Assembly (NCBI GenBank): GCA_977020255.1
Contig: CDROCS010000242.1
Span: forward strand, 558,001-622,000
From: Obrimoposthia wandeli
Lineage: Eukaryota
Reading direction: 5' to 3'
DNA length: 64,000 nucleotides
How positions within the stretch are numbered: position 1 is the stretch's first letter; each line of letters begins with the position of its first letter. The notes beneath the pieces are model-generated. The model was not told where the DNA came from, did not search any database, and saw nothing but the letters and a program-made list of their open reading frames with translations. Positions 43,231-54,962 of this stretch are shown here, piece by piece. A program made the translations under genes and the position numbers.

Positions 43231-43625
43231 AGATATCTTTCTTGGAAGAATGGGATCGAAATTTACGTGATAAGGAAATGAAACTGTTGAAATTTTCGCA
43301 GACATTAGACGCTTATGTTGAAGAAGAAGTACAGAGAAAGGTGGAAACTGTCGTGAAGGTTGTGAATATTTTAGTGAATATTTTGTTCACAGATCATGTT
43401 TAGAATCAAACAAAAATGAAAAGGAAGTATTTGTCTTTGATGGCAGAGAATGAACGAATGCGACAGTCGATTGCCAGCCTCAGTCAGTACTCAGGGTCGT
43501 TGCGGTCGACTGTGAACAGTCTTCGGGCTGAAAGGGACACTTGGAAAGGTGGAGACCGGCGAATACGTCATACAGCAAACAAAGCACTACAGACAGAGTT
43601 TTTGATGACTCAGTGTCATTTGTAG
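43231..43625 (+). other. Possible two-exon coiled-coil coding fragment of unknown origin
   Basis: SFLEEWDRNLRDKEMKLLKF...EEEVQRKVETVVK|gt (43359) ... ttag|NQTKMKRKYLSLMAENERMRQSIASL; a putative 45-nt intron joins the frames; a stop lies just upstream. Confidence 0.3.
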
Positions 43626-44168
43626 ATTGTGCTGATTTACGTTTCTTTTTCTTATTAAATTTGTAATTTGAAAATTGATTTATTCCATGGATTTTTTTTC
43701 CATTCATATTCACATTCAAAATGACAAATTTAACAATAAAATTATCATCTGCCTCAGTACATCAGATATATATTAAACCATATCAGGGTTATCTAACTGT
43801 TAGAAAAAAATTATTCTGCAAATGAAATAGCGTTCATTTCTACTACGAAAATTTTTATTTGTTTTTTCTGATTTTAACGTTTAAATTTTGCCATATCAAT
43901 TAAAAATCGACTAAAAAATATATTTGTCATTGTTGTGGGTTATAGCCAGAAAACAATATAGTCTACATTTAAATACAATAGTCTGAAAGTCAAGGCTTGA
44001 ATATTTTCCTAAGTCCATATTATCATGAGTTAACTAAGAACAATATTTGTCATTCAAAATTTTCAAAATATATACAATTAAACTCCGATAATGCGTACAA
44101 CGCCTTTTGCCTTCAAATTTTAATATTACCATAAATTTCCATAATAAATACACGCATTGAACGTTGTA

Positions 44169-45709
44169 CACCTAATCCAACTCAACGGTGATAATAGTCA
44201 TCGTTTTGAATTTCCTATAATAAAGTAATGCAATTTTAGGTCAAATAAATAATACTTACTATAGGAATCACACACTAACTTCAAAATGAACCGTGATAAG
44301 TAAAATCAACGGTGATATAAACATAGAAACACACATACACATACAGACAAGGTACTGTATGTGATTTCATGTATTTCTTATACTATAGAAATTAATTTCA
44401 TTTCAATCGTGATAAGTAAAATGAACCGTGATGCTATTTTGCAAAAAGTTAATGTTCCGGGGACCTCAAATAACGTTGAATTGTAAGTTAATAACTTTTA
44501 TTTTAGTCTATTAATGTTTTAGGATAGATGTATCCTCCGACAGTGAAAATAATACAATACCTTTCAGAGAAAATTTTTCTTTTAATTCTGAAGAAACCAT
44601 GCCATGTAAGGAAAATAGGATTCAAATGTAAGTTATTGATGTTTTAAGTTAATTAATGTTTTAATCAGGGTTCCTCTGTCTGATAAAGCGCACCTAATAA
44701 GAGCCTATGAAGCTGGTGAAGATTATGTTATGCTCGGTAAAATGCTAAGAATAAAGCCCAACACCGTAAGAAACATTATTTACCGATACCGAAAAACCGG
44801 CAAATATACTCAAGGTCCAAAAGGTGGTTCTTTTCTTAAAATTACCGATACAGCTGGAGAAGACTTGATGAGAGAAATAGATCAAAATCCGTTCCTAACC
44901 CTCAATCACATGGCGCAAATTCTGGGCTCCTTCAATAAGGGCTCCTTCAATAAAGAAAAATATATTGCTTTTCTTCAGGAGGTTTGTGAGAAGCTCGAGC
45001 CTCATTTGAAGCACTATTTAATTCACGATAATGCTTCAATCCACAGAGGTATAACTCTACCAAATGAAAACAAGAAGATCGTTAATCTTCCTCCATATAG
45101 TCCCTTCCTCAATCCAATTGAATCAGTGTTTTCAAAGCTGAAATCACACATAAGAAGGCAGATGAATAGTTCTGGACTGCAAGAGACAACATCAGGAAGA
45201 ATTGAAGCGATGCAGACAGTCATAAGTGAAGAAATAGGAAAAGAAGAGTATGCCAACCTCAAGAATTATTACAAGCACATTCAAGATTTTTTTATATGAA
45301 GCCTAGATAAAGAGGATATTTTAGGAGATTGATGTTTTATTTACAAATAAATTAATAAATAATAAATGACTTACATTTTCTTTTTTACTTTCCATTACAT
45401 TCCATTGCGATGTTTTTGTTTCATAACGTGATCATACAGATCACAATTAATCACAAACAAAAACTATATCATTATAAATAAATATAATTATGAGATTATA
45501 TATGATTTCGCTTCATAATGTGATCATAAAGATCACAATTAATCATGTACGAAACCATACATAGCTACAAATACAGTATACAAAAACTGTAATACTACAA
45601 AAGTGTACAAAAACTACACTAGATTTTCTATTTAGTATTGATTTTATGATGCAAATATTGGATGCATCATAATTCACCTGACTCATATCACCGTTCAGTT
45701 GATCAGGTG
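44169..45709 (+). mobile_element. Tc1/IS630-like DNA transposon, 1541 bp, imperfect ~25-bp TIRs, TA target duplication
   Basis: TA|CACCTAATCCAACTCAACGGTGATA ... TATCACCGTTCAGTTGATCAGGTG|TA. Confidence 0.85.
44421..45299 (+). CDS. Spliced, internally deleted Tc1-like transposase: join(44421..44482,44523..44627,44669..45299), 265 aa
   Basis: Two GTAAGT...AG introns (40 and 41 nt) give an open frame MNRDAILQKV...; HTH KPNTVRNIIYRYRKTG; C-terminal LIHDNASIH and LPPYSPFLNPIESVFSKLK; the first catalytic Asp region is absent. Confidence 0.75.
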
Positions 45710-45899
45710 TAATAGGCGTACACCAACAATGCATACATCAACTCGATCGAATGGGAAATTATTTAATATTAATTACAATGGTTAGTGTGACAAGCCTCCT
45801 TAAAAATTGAAATGGTTAATCGCTTTATCAATCGATATTTTAAAGTATGAGATTTAGGTTTATATTTTTTAAACTCTTTCGTGCAATGCATTAAAATTG

Positions 45900-46790
45900 A
45901 ACAAAACAAAATGAGTTTTAAAGAAAAGTTAGTGAATGTACGAGATATTCAAAGTGGGAAAAAGCAGACTTCTGTCTTTGAGGAATTCTAATTTCCCAGA
46001 TCAACAGTGTTTATCATTATAAAGAGAGATGTTGAAAAACTTATTGAGGCTCACAACAGTGGAGAGAAAAAGTGAATTAAGCTTTCTACATACTCTAAAT
46101 GGTACTCAGTTATTAGAGCTCGAAATATAATAATTACGAGACAAGTACTGCCTGAAAAGGTTAAATTCTTAGACTTCAAGTATATGACTGAAAATTTAAC
46201 CGGATTTTGCAACTTTATAATCAGTATGAGATTTATTGATCGATTTAAAATTCGATGGGATATAAGTGAAATAAGGATTTGTGGTAAGACCAGTGACGTT
46301 GATATATCTACTGTGCAGCATTGGAACGATGGAATCCTGAATAATATATTGTCTAATTACTCATATTTGAAAATTTTTAATACCGACAAAAATGCTCTCT
46401 ACTGGAAACAACCTCTATCTAAAGGTCTTCTACGAAAAGAAGATACAATTAACGGTGTGAAGCAATCTAAGGATTGCATATCTTTATTTTTGGCTGCTAG
46501 CATTGTAGGAAAAATCTTTGAAATCCTTGATGGTATGTTGAATTTTTATCCGCCAAATATTTCAGTGTCGTAATTTATAATATTTTTAGTAAAACACCAA
46601 AGCCCAGATACATTTTTAAATTGAAGTTAATTCCTGTGAATTATTTTTTTAAGAAAAAAGCCTGGATGACGAATATGATTTTTAGCGATTGCATGGAGAA
46701 GATAAATTGCACATTTTAAGCATCAAATAGACACATTGGTCTTGTCGATAATTGTTCACCTCATAACACTCGTTTGAAATTTTCTAATAA
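45900..46790 (+). mobile_element. Decayed pogo/Tigger transposase
   Basis: IFNTDKNALYWK...G.KQSKDCISLFLAASIVG; KAWMTNMIF; VDNCSPH. Confidence 0.7.
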
Positions 46791-48051
46791 TAATGATAAA
46801 TATAAAGAAGAGCTGCAAAATAAGAGTGGTCCAGAAAACAGAACATGGCGGGTAAGAAAAGGTCGAAGGAGACAGTAAAATTCAAAAAATAAGAAGAAGT
46901 CAGCAAAATTATAAATAAATCAGGCAGGCAGTGGAAATACAGCTGCAGAATATAAATTATTGATTTTGTCTACGAGTTCTTCCGACAATCTCATATCAGT
47001 GTCAACTATTGACAGCTCATTATAATCAGTGGCAGAACATAAAGGATTGATTCTGCCACGAATTTGCCAGACAATCTCACCGGATAGACCTAGGAGTAAC
47101 CAGCTATTTAAAGCTATTTTTTCAAATTAATCACACAGTTTAAAGGGGTCATTCAGTAAGAATATTTTCAATAACAAGGATCTATGAGAATTGAAATAAT
47201 TCCCGAATCGAAAAAATGCAGTTGATAACAACCAGTGGATAGAGAGCGACCTCAAGCATAACGAGTAATAAAGGTCATTAAGTCGAACTTTATCGACTCA
47301 AACCGTCGTGCAGGACAGATTAAAAGTCGTTCAAAATCAAGCAATCTCAAGAAAACAATATTCTTCTGACTGACATAGTACGACATCGGATCTCAATCTT
47401 GTCAACGAATAATTCCTATGAACACAAGAATAATCTATGCACGTATCCTAGGAGATTTAGTTCTTCATAATTGCTAATATTAAATCACCATTGTGATTTT
47501 GATAATCATTAGCTTTGCATAATTCATAAGATTTAAGGAAACGTTTACTTTGAACTTATTATTAATTAAGTTGTCTTAATCAGTAAAGTTGTAAGAAGAG
47601 TTATACCAAAATTGAGTAATTTAATTGTATTGATTGTGATCAGTAAGTTGTAAGTATTGTAACAGATTCGAGTAATTTAAGTCGATGGACTGTTATCAGT
47701 AAAGTCTAAGAAGCCTATAAGAGTTGTCATAACAAAAATTTGATAATTTGAATTGTTCGTTAACCCAAGCTATATAAATTGAAGTTAGGATCACACAAGT
47801 AATAAGTTTAGTGTCGTTTCAGTTAGAATTTGTGATAAAAGTTTCGAATAAATTATTTAAAGAAAATCTTTTTGCTCTAATCTAGTTATTGTAGATGAAA
47901 TGGAAATAAATCGTGACAATATAGTCAAATCATTAGGGTCATTACCACCATTTAACCCACATAATTTGCTAAACAACGTATAGAAACAGTGGTCAAAACA
48001 AAAATATCTGTCAAAAGGCCGAGACATACTCTATTAGACGAAGACCTGTAC

Positions 48052-49941
48052 TGTTATTAGGAAGGTTGGAATCGAACTAGAATCGTTCAGTCTCTAATTT
48101 CCATTCCCAGGCCTAGCCAAACTATTTTTAAAATACAAACTAACTTCGGCCTAACCGGCTATTTTTCAGACTAAATCACACTACAATGGTTTTAGGGTTA
48201 TATTCAGATAAACTGTACACAGCACACTTACATACCATAAAACACCTTCAGACTAGAAAAACCTTCAGACTATATAAACTAGGTTGGCCAAGATTTCCCA
48301 TAAAACCTAGCTCTGTTGGGTAATTAATTAATTAATTTAAAGTCAATTTAAATTGACATTTTATAGTTATCTAAAATGCCCACAATTAGGGAGGTTTTTC
48401 AAATTCAGCCTCCGACGGGGTGGTCCCGTTTCGCCCTGTCGGGCTCGTCAGGAAGGCGGCATATAGATAAAAATAGATTTATGGCAGAATTTTCCGCCCA
48501 GTCTCCCAGCCTAGCAGCAGATCTTCGCTACCGGGATTCTGCGGATCGGGTTTTTCATCTGTCCAAATGCGATGGGTTTGGCATTTGGTTCTCCGGATCT
48601 CCCAATGGATCCCAACTTCCTCCCTCATCATCCAGAAACGACAACATCATCCACCTCTTCACCGACTACAGATCTCCCTGGCTGCTGTGACTGTGTGTGC
48701 GGGATTGGACAGCAATCCGACAATCTGCCAATGTGTCTAACCGGCCACCCGACCATTCGCCATCACCGTCGTCATTCATCATGATTTTCCTGGCTGCCGG
48801 GATTCAATGTCCAGTCGGCAACAGTCAGCGGATAGGATAGTCAAACTGTGACTTTCAAACGCTGTAACTGTGACAGTGTGTGTTTTGTCGTCCCATCACG
48901 TGCATTTTCTCTCCTATAGCTTATCTATTGCCAATCCTGGCCTGATTTGTCAACGGCGTCTGTTCCTGCTTGACATTCTCCCATATTTAACTGCAGTGGC
49001 GGTGGTTGACTTCGCACAAAAAAGAAGCTGATTTTATTTAACACAAAACAAAATATAACAGAAACTACTGATTTGAAACTGCTTACGTCTATTTTATTTG
49101 AATCTCAAGATCAATCTATTATATAACAATTCAATTGGGATTTTTGTCAAAATAAAATATAACAGAAACTACTGATTTGAAACTGCTTACGTCTATTTTA
49201 TTTGAATCTCAAGATCAAGCCATTATATAACAATTCAATTGGGATTTTGTCAAAATAAAATATAACAGAAACTACTGATTTGAAACTGCTTACGTCTATT
49301 TTATTTGAATCTCAAGATCAATCTATTATATAACAATTCAATTGGGATTTTTGTCAAAATAAAATATAACAGAAACTACTGATTTGAAACTGCTTACGTC
49401 TATTTTATTTGAATCTCAAGATCAATCTATTATATAACAATTCAATTGGGATTTTTGTCAAAATAAAATATAACAGAAACTACTGATTTGAAACTGCTTA
49501 CGTCTATTTTATTTGAATCTCAAGATCAATCTATTATATAACAATTCAATTTGGATTTTTGTCAAAATAAAATATAACAGAAACTACTGATTTGAAACTG
49601 CTTACGTCTATTTTATTTGAATCTCAAGATCAATCTATTATATAACAATTCAATTGGGATTTTTGTCAAAATAAAATATAACAGAAACTACTGATTTGAA
49701 ACTGCTTACGTCTATTTTATTTGAATCTCAAGATCAATCTATTATATAACAATTCAATTGGGATTTTTGTCAAAATAAAATATAACAGAAACTACTGATT
49801 TGAAACTGCTTACGTCTATTTTATTTGAATCTCAAGATCAATCTATTATATAACAATTCAATTGGGATTTTGTCAAAATAAAATATAACAGAAACTACTT
49901 ACGTCTATTTATTTGAAAATCCAGCTCAATCATTTATAACA
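48052..49941 (+). repeat. Putative 5' LTR of the gag-env element (3' end better supported than 5' start)
   Basis: Ends ATAACA followed by 1 nt and TGGTGAGCTCGAC; the TGTTATTAG start is a guess; no second LTR in the window to confirm. Confidence 0.4.
49047..49915. repeat. Tandem array of about 8.4 copies of a 103-104 bp unit
   Basis: Unit starts at 49047, 49151, 49254, 49358, 49462, 49566, 49670, 49774 and 49877; nearly identical copies. Confidence 0.95.
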
Positions 49942-49942
49942 T

Positions 49943-49955
49943 TGGTGAGCTCGAC
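49943..49955 (+). promoter_or_regulatory. Putative primer-binding site
   Basis: TGGTGAGCTCGAC right after a CA LTR-like end; resembles a tRNA-Trp PBS (TGGTGACCCCGAC) with 2 mismatches. Confidence 0.45.
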
Positions 49956-51848
49956 TAAGAGCACAGAATCAAGGAAAAATTTAAAGGTCATATTTTGTTC
50001 TTTTATTTTATTTGCGATAATTTATTTGATAAATTTGTATATAAACCTAAAATTTTTTTTTGTGATTTGCTTATATTTATATATACCTAAAAGATTTTTT
50101 TTTGTGATTTGCTTATATTTATCATAATTATATTTAAGTTAGGAGTTTACATAACTCCAGATTGACATCTATTTATTGTAGCTTTTGATTGATATATTAC
50201 GTTTACATTACGATTTTTTTTTTTTGTTGCGCATTTGAACATTTACATATAAACTTTATAAAACTGAGTAGTTGTCATATATACAGTTGATTTAAGATTT
50301 TATTTGCTTTGGTTTTGTGGATATCATTTGTGTTTATTGGAGGATTGGAGATTTCGTTTACATTTTTAACTATCGTTTATTTATATATTGAATATTTTTT
50401 ATTCTTACTTAACAATTATATTTATCATTTTAAAAAAAATAAAAATTTCCACTATAGTTGAGGTGTTTGCCTCGTAAGTTTAAAATACTAAATAGTTAGG
50501 AATTTAACTTAAAAATTATATAAACTATTATTATTTTGAATATAATAGTTATATTTATCTTAATTTTGTGAGAGCCATTTGTAGTTTTGAGGGATTAAAA
50601 ATTTCTTTGCATTTTTAACTATAGTCTACTTATATATTGAATATTTTTATTTACTTAACGATTATATTTGTCATTTTTAAAATTCATATAGTTGAGGTAT
50701 TTGCAGCTGTGCACACAAGCCTCGTAAGATTAAAAACATAATTTTGTTTCCTGAAACATAGTCGGGTCCTGTTCTCTAATTTTCTTATATAATTTGAGTT
50801 GTGTTGATCATTTTAATCAAAAAAGTTATAGAAAAAATAATTTATTGGTTTTTGGAGTTCTGTTCACATAAAGGCTAAACACTGGCCGTTGTCGGATAGA
50901 GTAATCAACAAACAAAGCACAACTCAAATACAATAAATTTTGAGAAAATTTTAAAATTTTCCTTTGAACTGGTTTACCAGTAGAAAATTCGTTTTTTGAG
51001 AACTATAAATTGGAGTGGATTTATCTATTAGAGGCGTAAAAGTAAAATAAAAAACTAAAAAGATAATAAAAGTTAAAATAATCATATAAATATATTTTTG
51101 TATAAAAATAAAATTGATCAAAAAAATTAAAATTTTGTCGCAAATTGTCTTGTTTCCCAAGTTACGTCGAGTGCTATCATATAAAGACTATATACTGGTT
51201 GACGGTGGTAGTGCTCAAAGTGATAAGGGACAGAGATTGTTGAGATAAATTTTTGAGTCTTGTTATTGTACTAAAAAATTAAAAAACAAAATAAAATAAA
51301 AAACTTCGGAAAGATAAATTTTCTCCAGAGATTTTCAGAGAGCGTGTTTTTAATATTGATAAGAGAGTTTGATTTTTGAGATTGACTAAATAACTTTTAC
51401 GAATTCCACCGAAATATTTTTAGTTTCAGTACGCAGTACGCATTTTTCATTTGTGCAATATTTGATTTTGAAACTTTAAATAAATTATTAATAACACAAA
51501 CCCAAAGATCTATCACAAAAACAGACACACAAAATAAGTAAACAAAAACGTAGCGCTAGCCTTCACTGGAGAAGAATTCAAACAAGATTAGTTAGGACAG
51601 ACTCCAGTGAAAAAACAATTCAAAGACCCAAATCACAAATCAATTTTACAACAAATAACGATTTACTTACACAGACTTCCCCACTCTCAGAACATCTGGA
51701 CCTAACATTAACCTCAGATACAGAGAGTTTACCTTCACCTCAAACATCTGACTCGGATAGTTCGTCAGAGATAACGGAAGCAGTAGCCGTACCAGAACCA
51801 CCTATTGTACAAATAAACAACGAACAAATAATCGATCAACCTCAAATA

Positions 51849-54711
51849 ATGGCTGAACATAAATTAAATGTTCCTTTAGACGCTTTCAATGGCGATAAAT
51901 CTTCACTACCCGAATTTTTAAATAGATTTGATTCATTTGCTCAGGCATTGGAATGGACTAATGTAGAGAAACTTAGGGTTTTTCCGGCGTATTTAAAAGG
52001 TACACAATTTATAGAGGATTAAATAACGAACAGAAAGACACATGGGACCATTTAGTTCAGAATTTTCAAAATATGATTTTAGGAGCACAGTCTGAACAAA
52101 ATTACCTTAACCAATTTAGGCAACGTGAACAACATTTTGGAGAACCCACAAATATTTTTGCAGTTGAATTACGAAGATTAGCATTAAAATCATTTCCCGG
52201 AATTGAGGAAGTCTTAAGAGAACGTTTGCTCCTACATCAATTTCTATATGGGCTAAACAGTAAAATAAAAAATCACCCAGCACTACTAGAAGTAGAAAAT
52301 TTTCAGCAAGCTGTAAATAAGGCTCAACTTGTAGAAACAAGATTAAATATGTTACAACAATCTGAAGTTTCAGCATTAACCTTTGAAAAAATACAAAGAC
52401 CTACAACACCACCAAATTTCAATCAAACTCAAAACTATAACCCAAATACACAATCTAATTACCAAAGCCAATATACACCACCGACAAATAACTTTTATAG
52501 AAATCAAACAAACAGAAACTATACAGACTCACAAATTACACAAAGACCTTTCCAAAAAGTACAAATTGTGGACTGCAAAATCACACAATAGAGAATTGTT
52601 ATAAAATAACCAACAACAAATTTTGTAGATTTTGTAAAAAAGACAATCATACTATTGAAACTTGCCGAAAACTGTTATACAGACAAAGTAATAATATACG
52701 ACCACAAAATAATAACTTTAACAATCCTAATAATAATTTCAAAAATACAAATAGTAATTTTAGAAGCCCATATAATAACTTCAGTAATCAAAATAATCAA
52801 GCTAAATATTTTAATACTAATACAAAATTTTGTAAAATTTGTAATATGAAAAATCATAATACTGATGAATGTAGCAAACTAAATACAATGATGAACCAAT
52901 TTGGTAACACAATAATAAAACAACAACAACCACAACCACAGAGTCAAAAAACAGTACAGTTTAACAATCAAAATCAACAATATGCTTACAGAAACCCAAT
53001 ACATACTATTGAAAACACTGATATAACTCAGGAAACAGAAGAAGTTGCATTGATGAGATTAAGGCAACAAGAAATAGATAATCGCTACAAAGAAACACAT
53101 CAGCAATACCAAAACAATGAACAAAACACAAATAGTACCAACTCTCAATCCGAATTCGGAGAAATATTTAGAAACGGTTGTCTAACATTAGAAAAAAGAA
53201 CACAAATAAGTAAAAAAATAAATCAAACCACTCAAACACAAGATAAAAAATCGAAAAATAAAAATAAACAAAAATCACCAAAAAATAGTAAAAATTCAAA
53301 TCTTAAAAATACACATAATTTTAACAAAATCATCCAGAATTTATGGAAAATAATTCAAATAATATTTATGATATGTATAATTACAAATATAATAAAACCT
53401 ATAAATGCTCTTGAAGCATATGATTGTTCAAAATATAGTATTCAAAATAAATATTCACTAATGGATTTACAACAATGCGCCGACGCAGATCCAAATGAAG
53501 TAAAAGTTAAAACCACCAAGTTATTTCATGTATACCAGGAAACAGATTACATAAATACAGAAGTTTTCGAATGTAGAGTACATATGGAGACATTCATAAC
53601 ATATTGCGGACAACACAGCCATAATTCAATTGTTAAACCAGCATTAGGAAAAACACCAATAATTGTTGACGCGTTAAATTGTAAAGATGCTTTTGCAACA
53701 GGCGAACTGAGAATAGATAGAGAAATAAAGGTAAAAGCAATAAAAAACAAAATAATACAACAAATGATTACGGTGGTAGGAACTATCAAATCTGACGGAG
53801 AATGCACAACAGGGTCATATGTCGTAATGGGAGTTAAACAAAGTGGTTTAGTAGTTATAAAAAACTTTGAGGTAGAACTAAGAACATTTAAAACAACATT
53901 TGATCCATCTACAAATACCATGGTGACTATGCCATTCTGTGCAGCAAATATCGGATATTGTAACACAGGATCTTCAATTTTATACTATAAGGTAAAAACA
54001 GACCAATGTAAATTAATACTACTAAAATCAGAAAATTTCCAAATAATTCAAGGTCAAAGATTCAAAGTTGATCCAGAGCTAGATCAACGAATTCCAAAAA
54101 ATATACTTAAAAAATATAGAACTAGAAAAATACAAAAAACATCAACTCCAACTATTTTAATGTCAACAGAACAAGGTTCTGGAATGCGATTTATTAAAAA
54201 GAAAGAGGAATCCCGATGTGACACTCTATTTATACAACTAATTATAAAGGAATATATCTAAGTAAAGAAAAAATTTATAATACAAAAACTACACAAACAA
54301 AATTTGATATAAAAAATTACGATTATTTCAATAATAAATTAGATTATTTTTATCACAAAGGGTTGATGACAATAGAAGCTATCTATAGAGAAACAATAAT
54401 GAATGACTGTAAATTAAATCAAGAAATTTTGAAAACAAAACTAGCAATTATTGCTACAAATCCAGAATTAATAACACCATTATTACCGTTACCAGATGGT
54501 ACTTTCGGAAGAGTAATTGGAGAGGTACTATATACGTATCAATGCCAAAAAGTAATAGTTAATATAAGAAATCACAATAAATGTACCAAAGAATTGCCAA
54601 TTTCATACAAAAATCATTCATTATTTGTAGAACCAATCACCAGAATAATACTTTTTAACACATTCAGCATAAAAGAAATAAACTGTTCAAACATAATGGC
54701 ACCTCATTATA
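51849..54711 (+). pseudogene. Gag-Env polyprotein ORF of an LTR element (capsid, 3 CCHC knuckles, signal peptide, chuvirus-like class III glycoprotein); three -1 frameshifts; 3' truncated by the Polinton
   Basis: Gag LDAFNGDKSSLPEFLNRFDSFAQALEW and FAVELRRLALKSFP...LLHQFLYGL; knuckles (C)TNCGLQNHTIENC, CRFCKKDNHTIETC, CKICNMKNHNTDEC; then IIQIIFMICIITNIIKPINA-LEAYDC...ECRVHMETFITYCGQHSHNSIV...CKDAF; frames rejoin by single-base insertions at about 52008, 52558 and 54237. Confidence 0.8.
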
Positions 54712-54718
54712 AGTAGGT

Positions 54719-54932
54719 GGAAGGATGGAGTCTAAGCCACTTTACCCCCCCCTAAAGGGTGTCACACCATAAAAGGTGTCTTGCCACACCATAAGGGTAT
54801 ATGTTGCCTCACCTCTGGTGAGGCAACATATACCCTTATGGTGTGGCAAGACACCTTTTATGGTGTGACACCCTTATGGTGTGACACCCTTTAGGGGGTG
54901 GGGGGGTAAAGTGGCTTAGACTCCATCCTTCC
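54719..54932. repeat. Long inverted repeat (hairpin), 95-nt arm, TCT loop at 54814-54816
   Basis: The left arm 54719-54813 pairs with 54817-54932 apart from a 16-nt duplication and about 5 extra nt in the G-run. Confidence 0.95.
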
Positions 54933-54962
54933 TTGATTTACTACTATGGTCGTCCATAGTTT

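Noticed and set aside
46800-48050. Possible remnant of another LTR element (PPT-like AGGAGA, gag-like SLPPF start at about 47899)
   Set aside because: Motifs are too weak and there is no second LTR; left unassigned
46800-51848. A pol gene belonging to the gag-env element
   Set aside because: No protease DSG/DTG, RT YxDD, RNase H or integrase motifs found by eye on either strand
54712-54945. Hairpin as an independent MITE bounded by AGTAG...CTACT
   Set aside because: The flanks ATTATA and ATGGTC do not form a TSD, and CTACTAT is part of the neighbouring repeat unit
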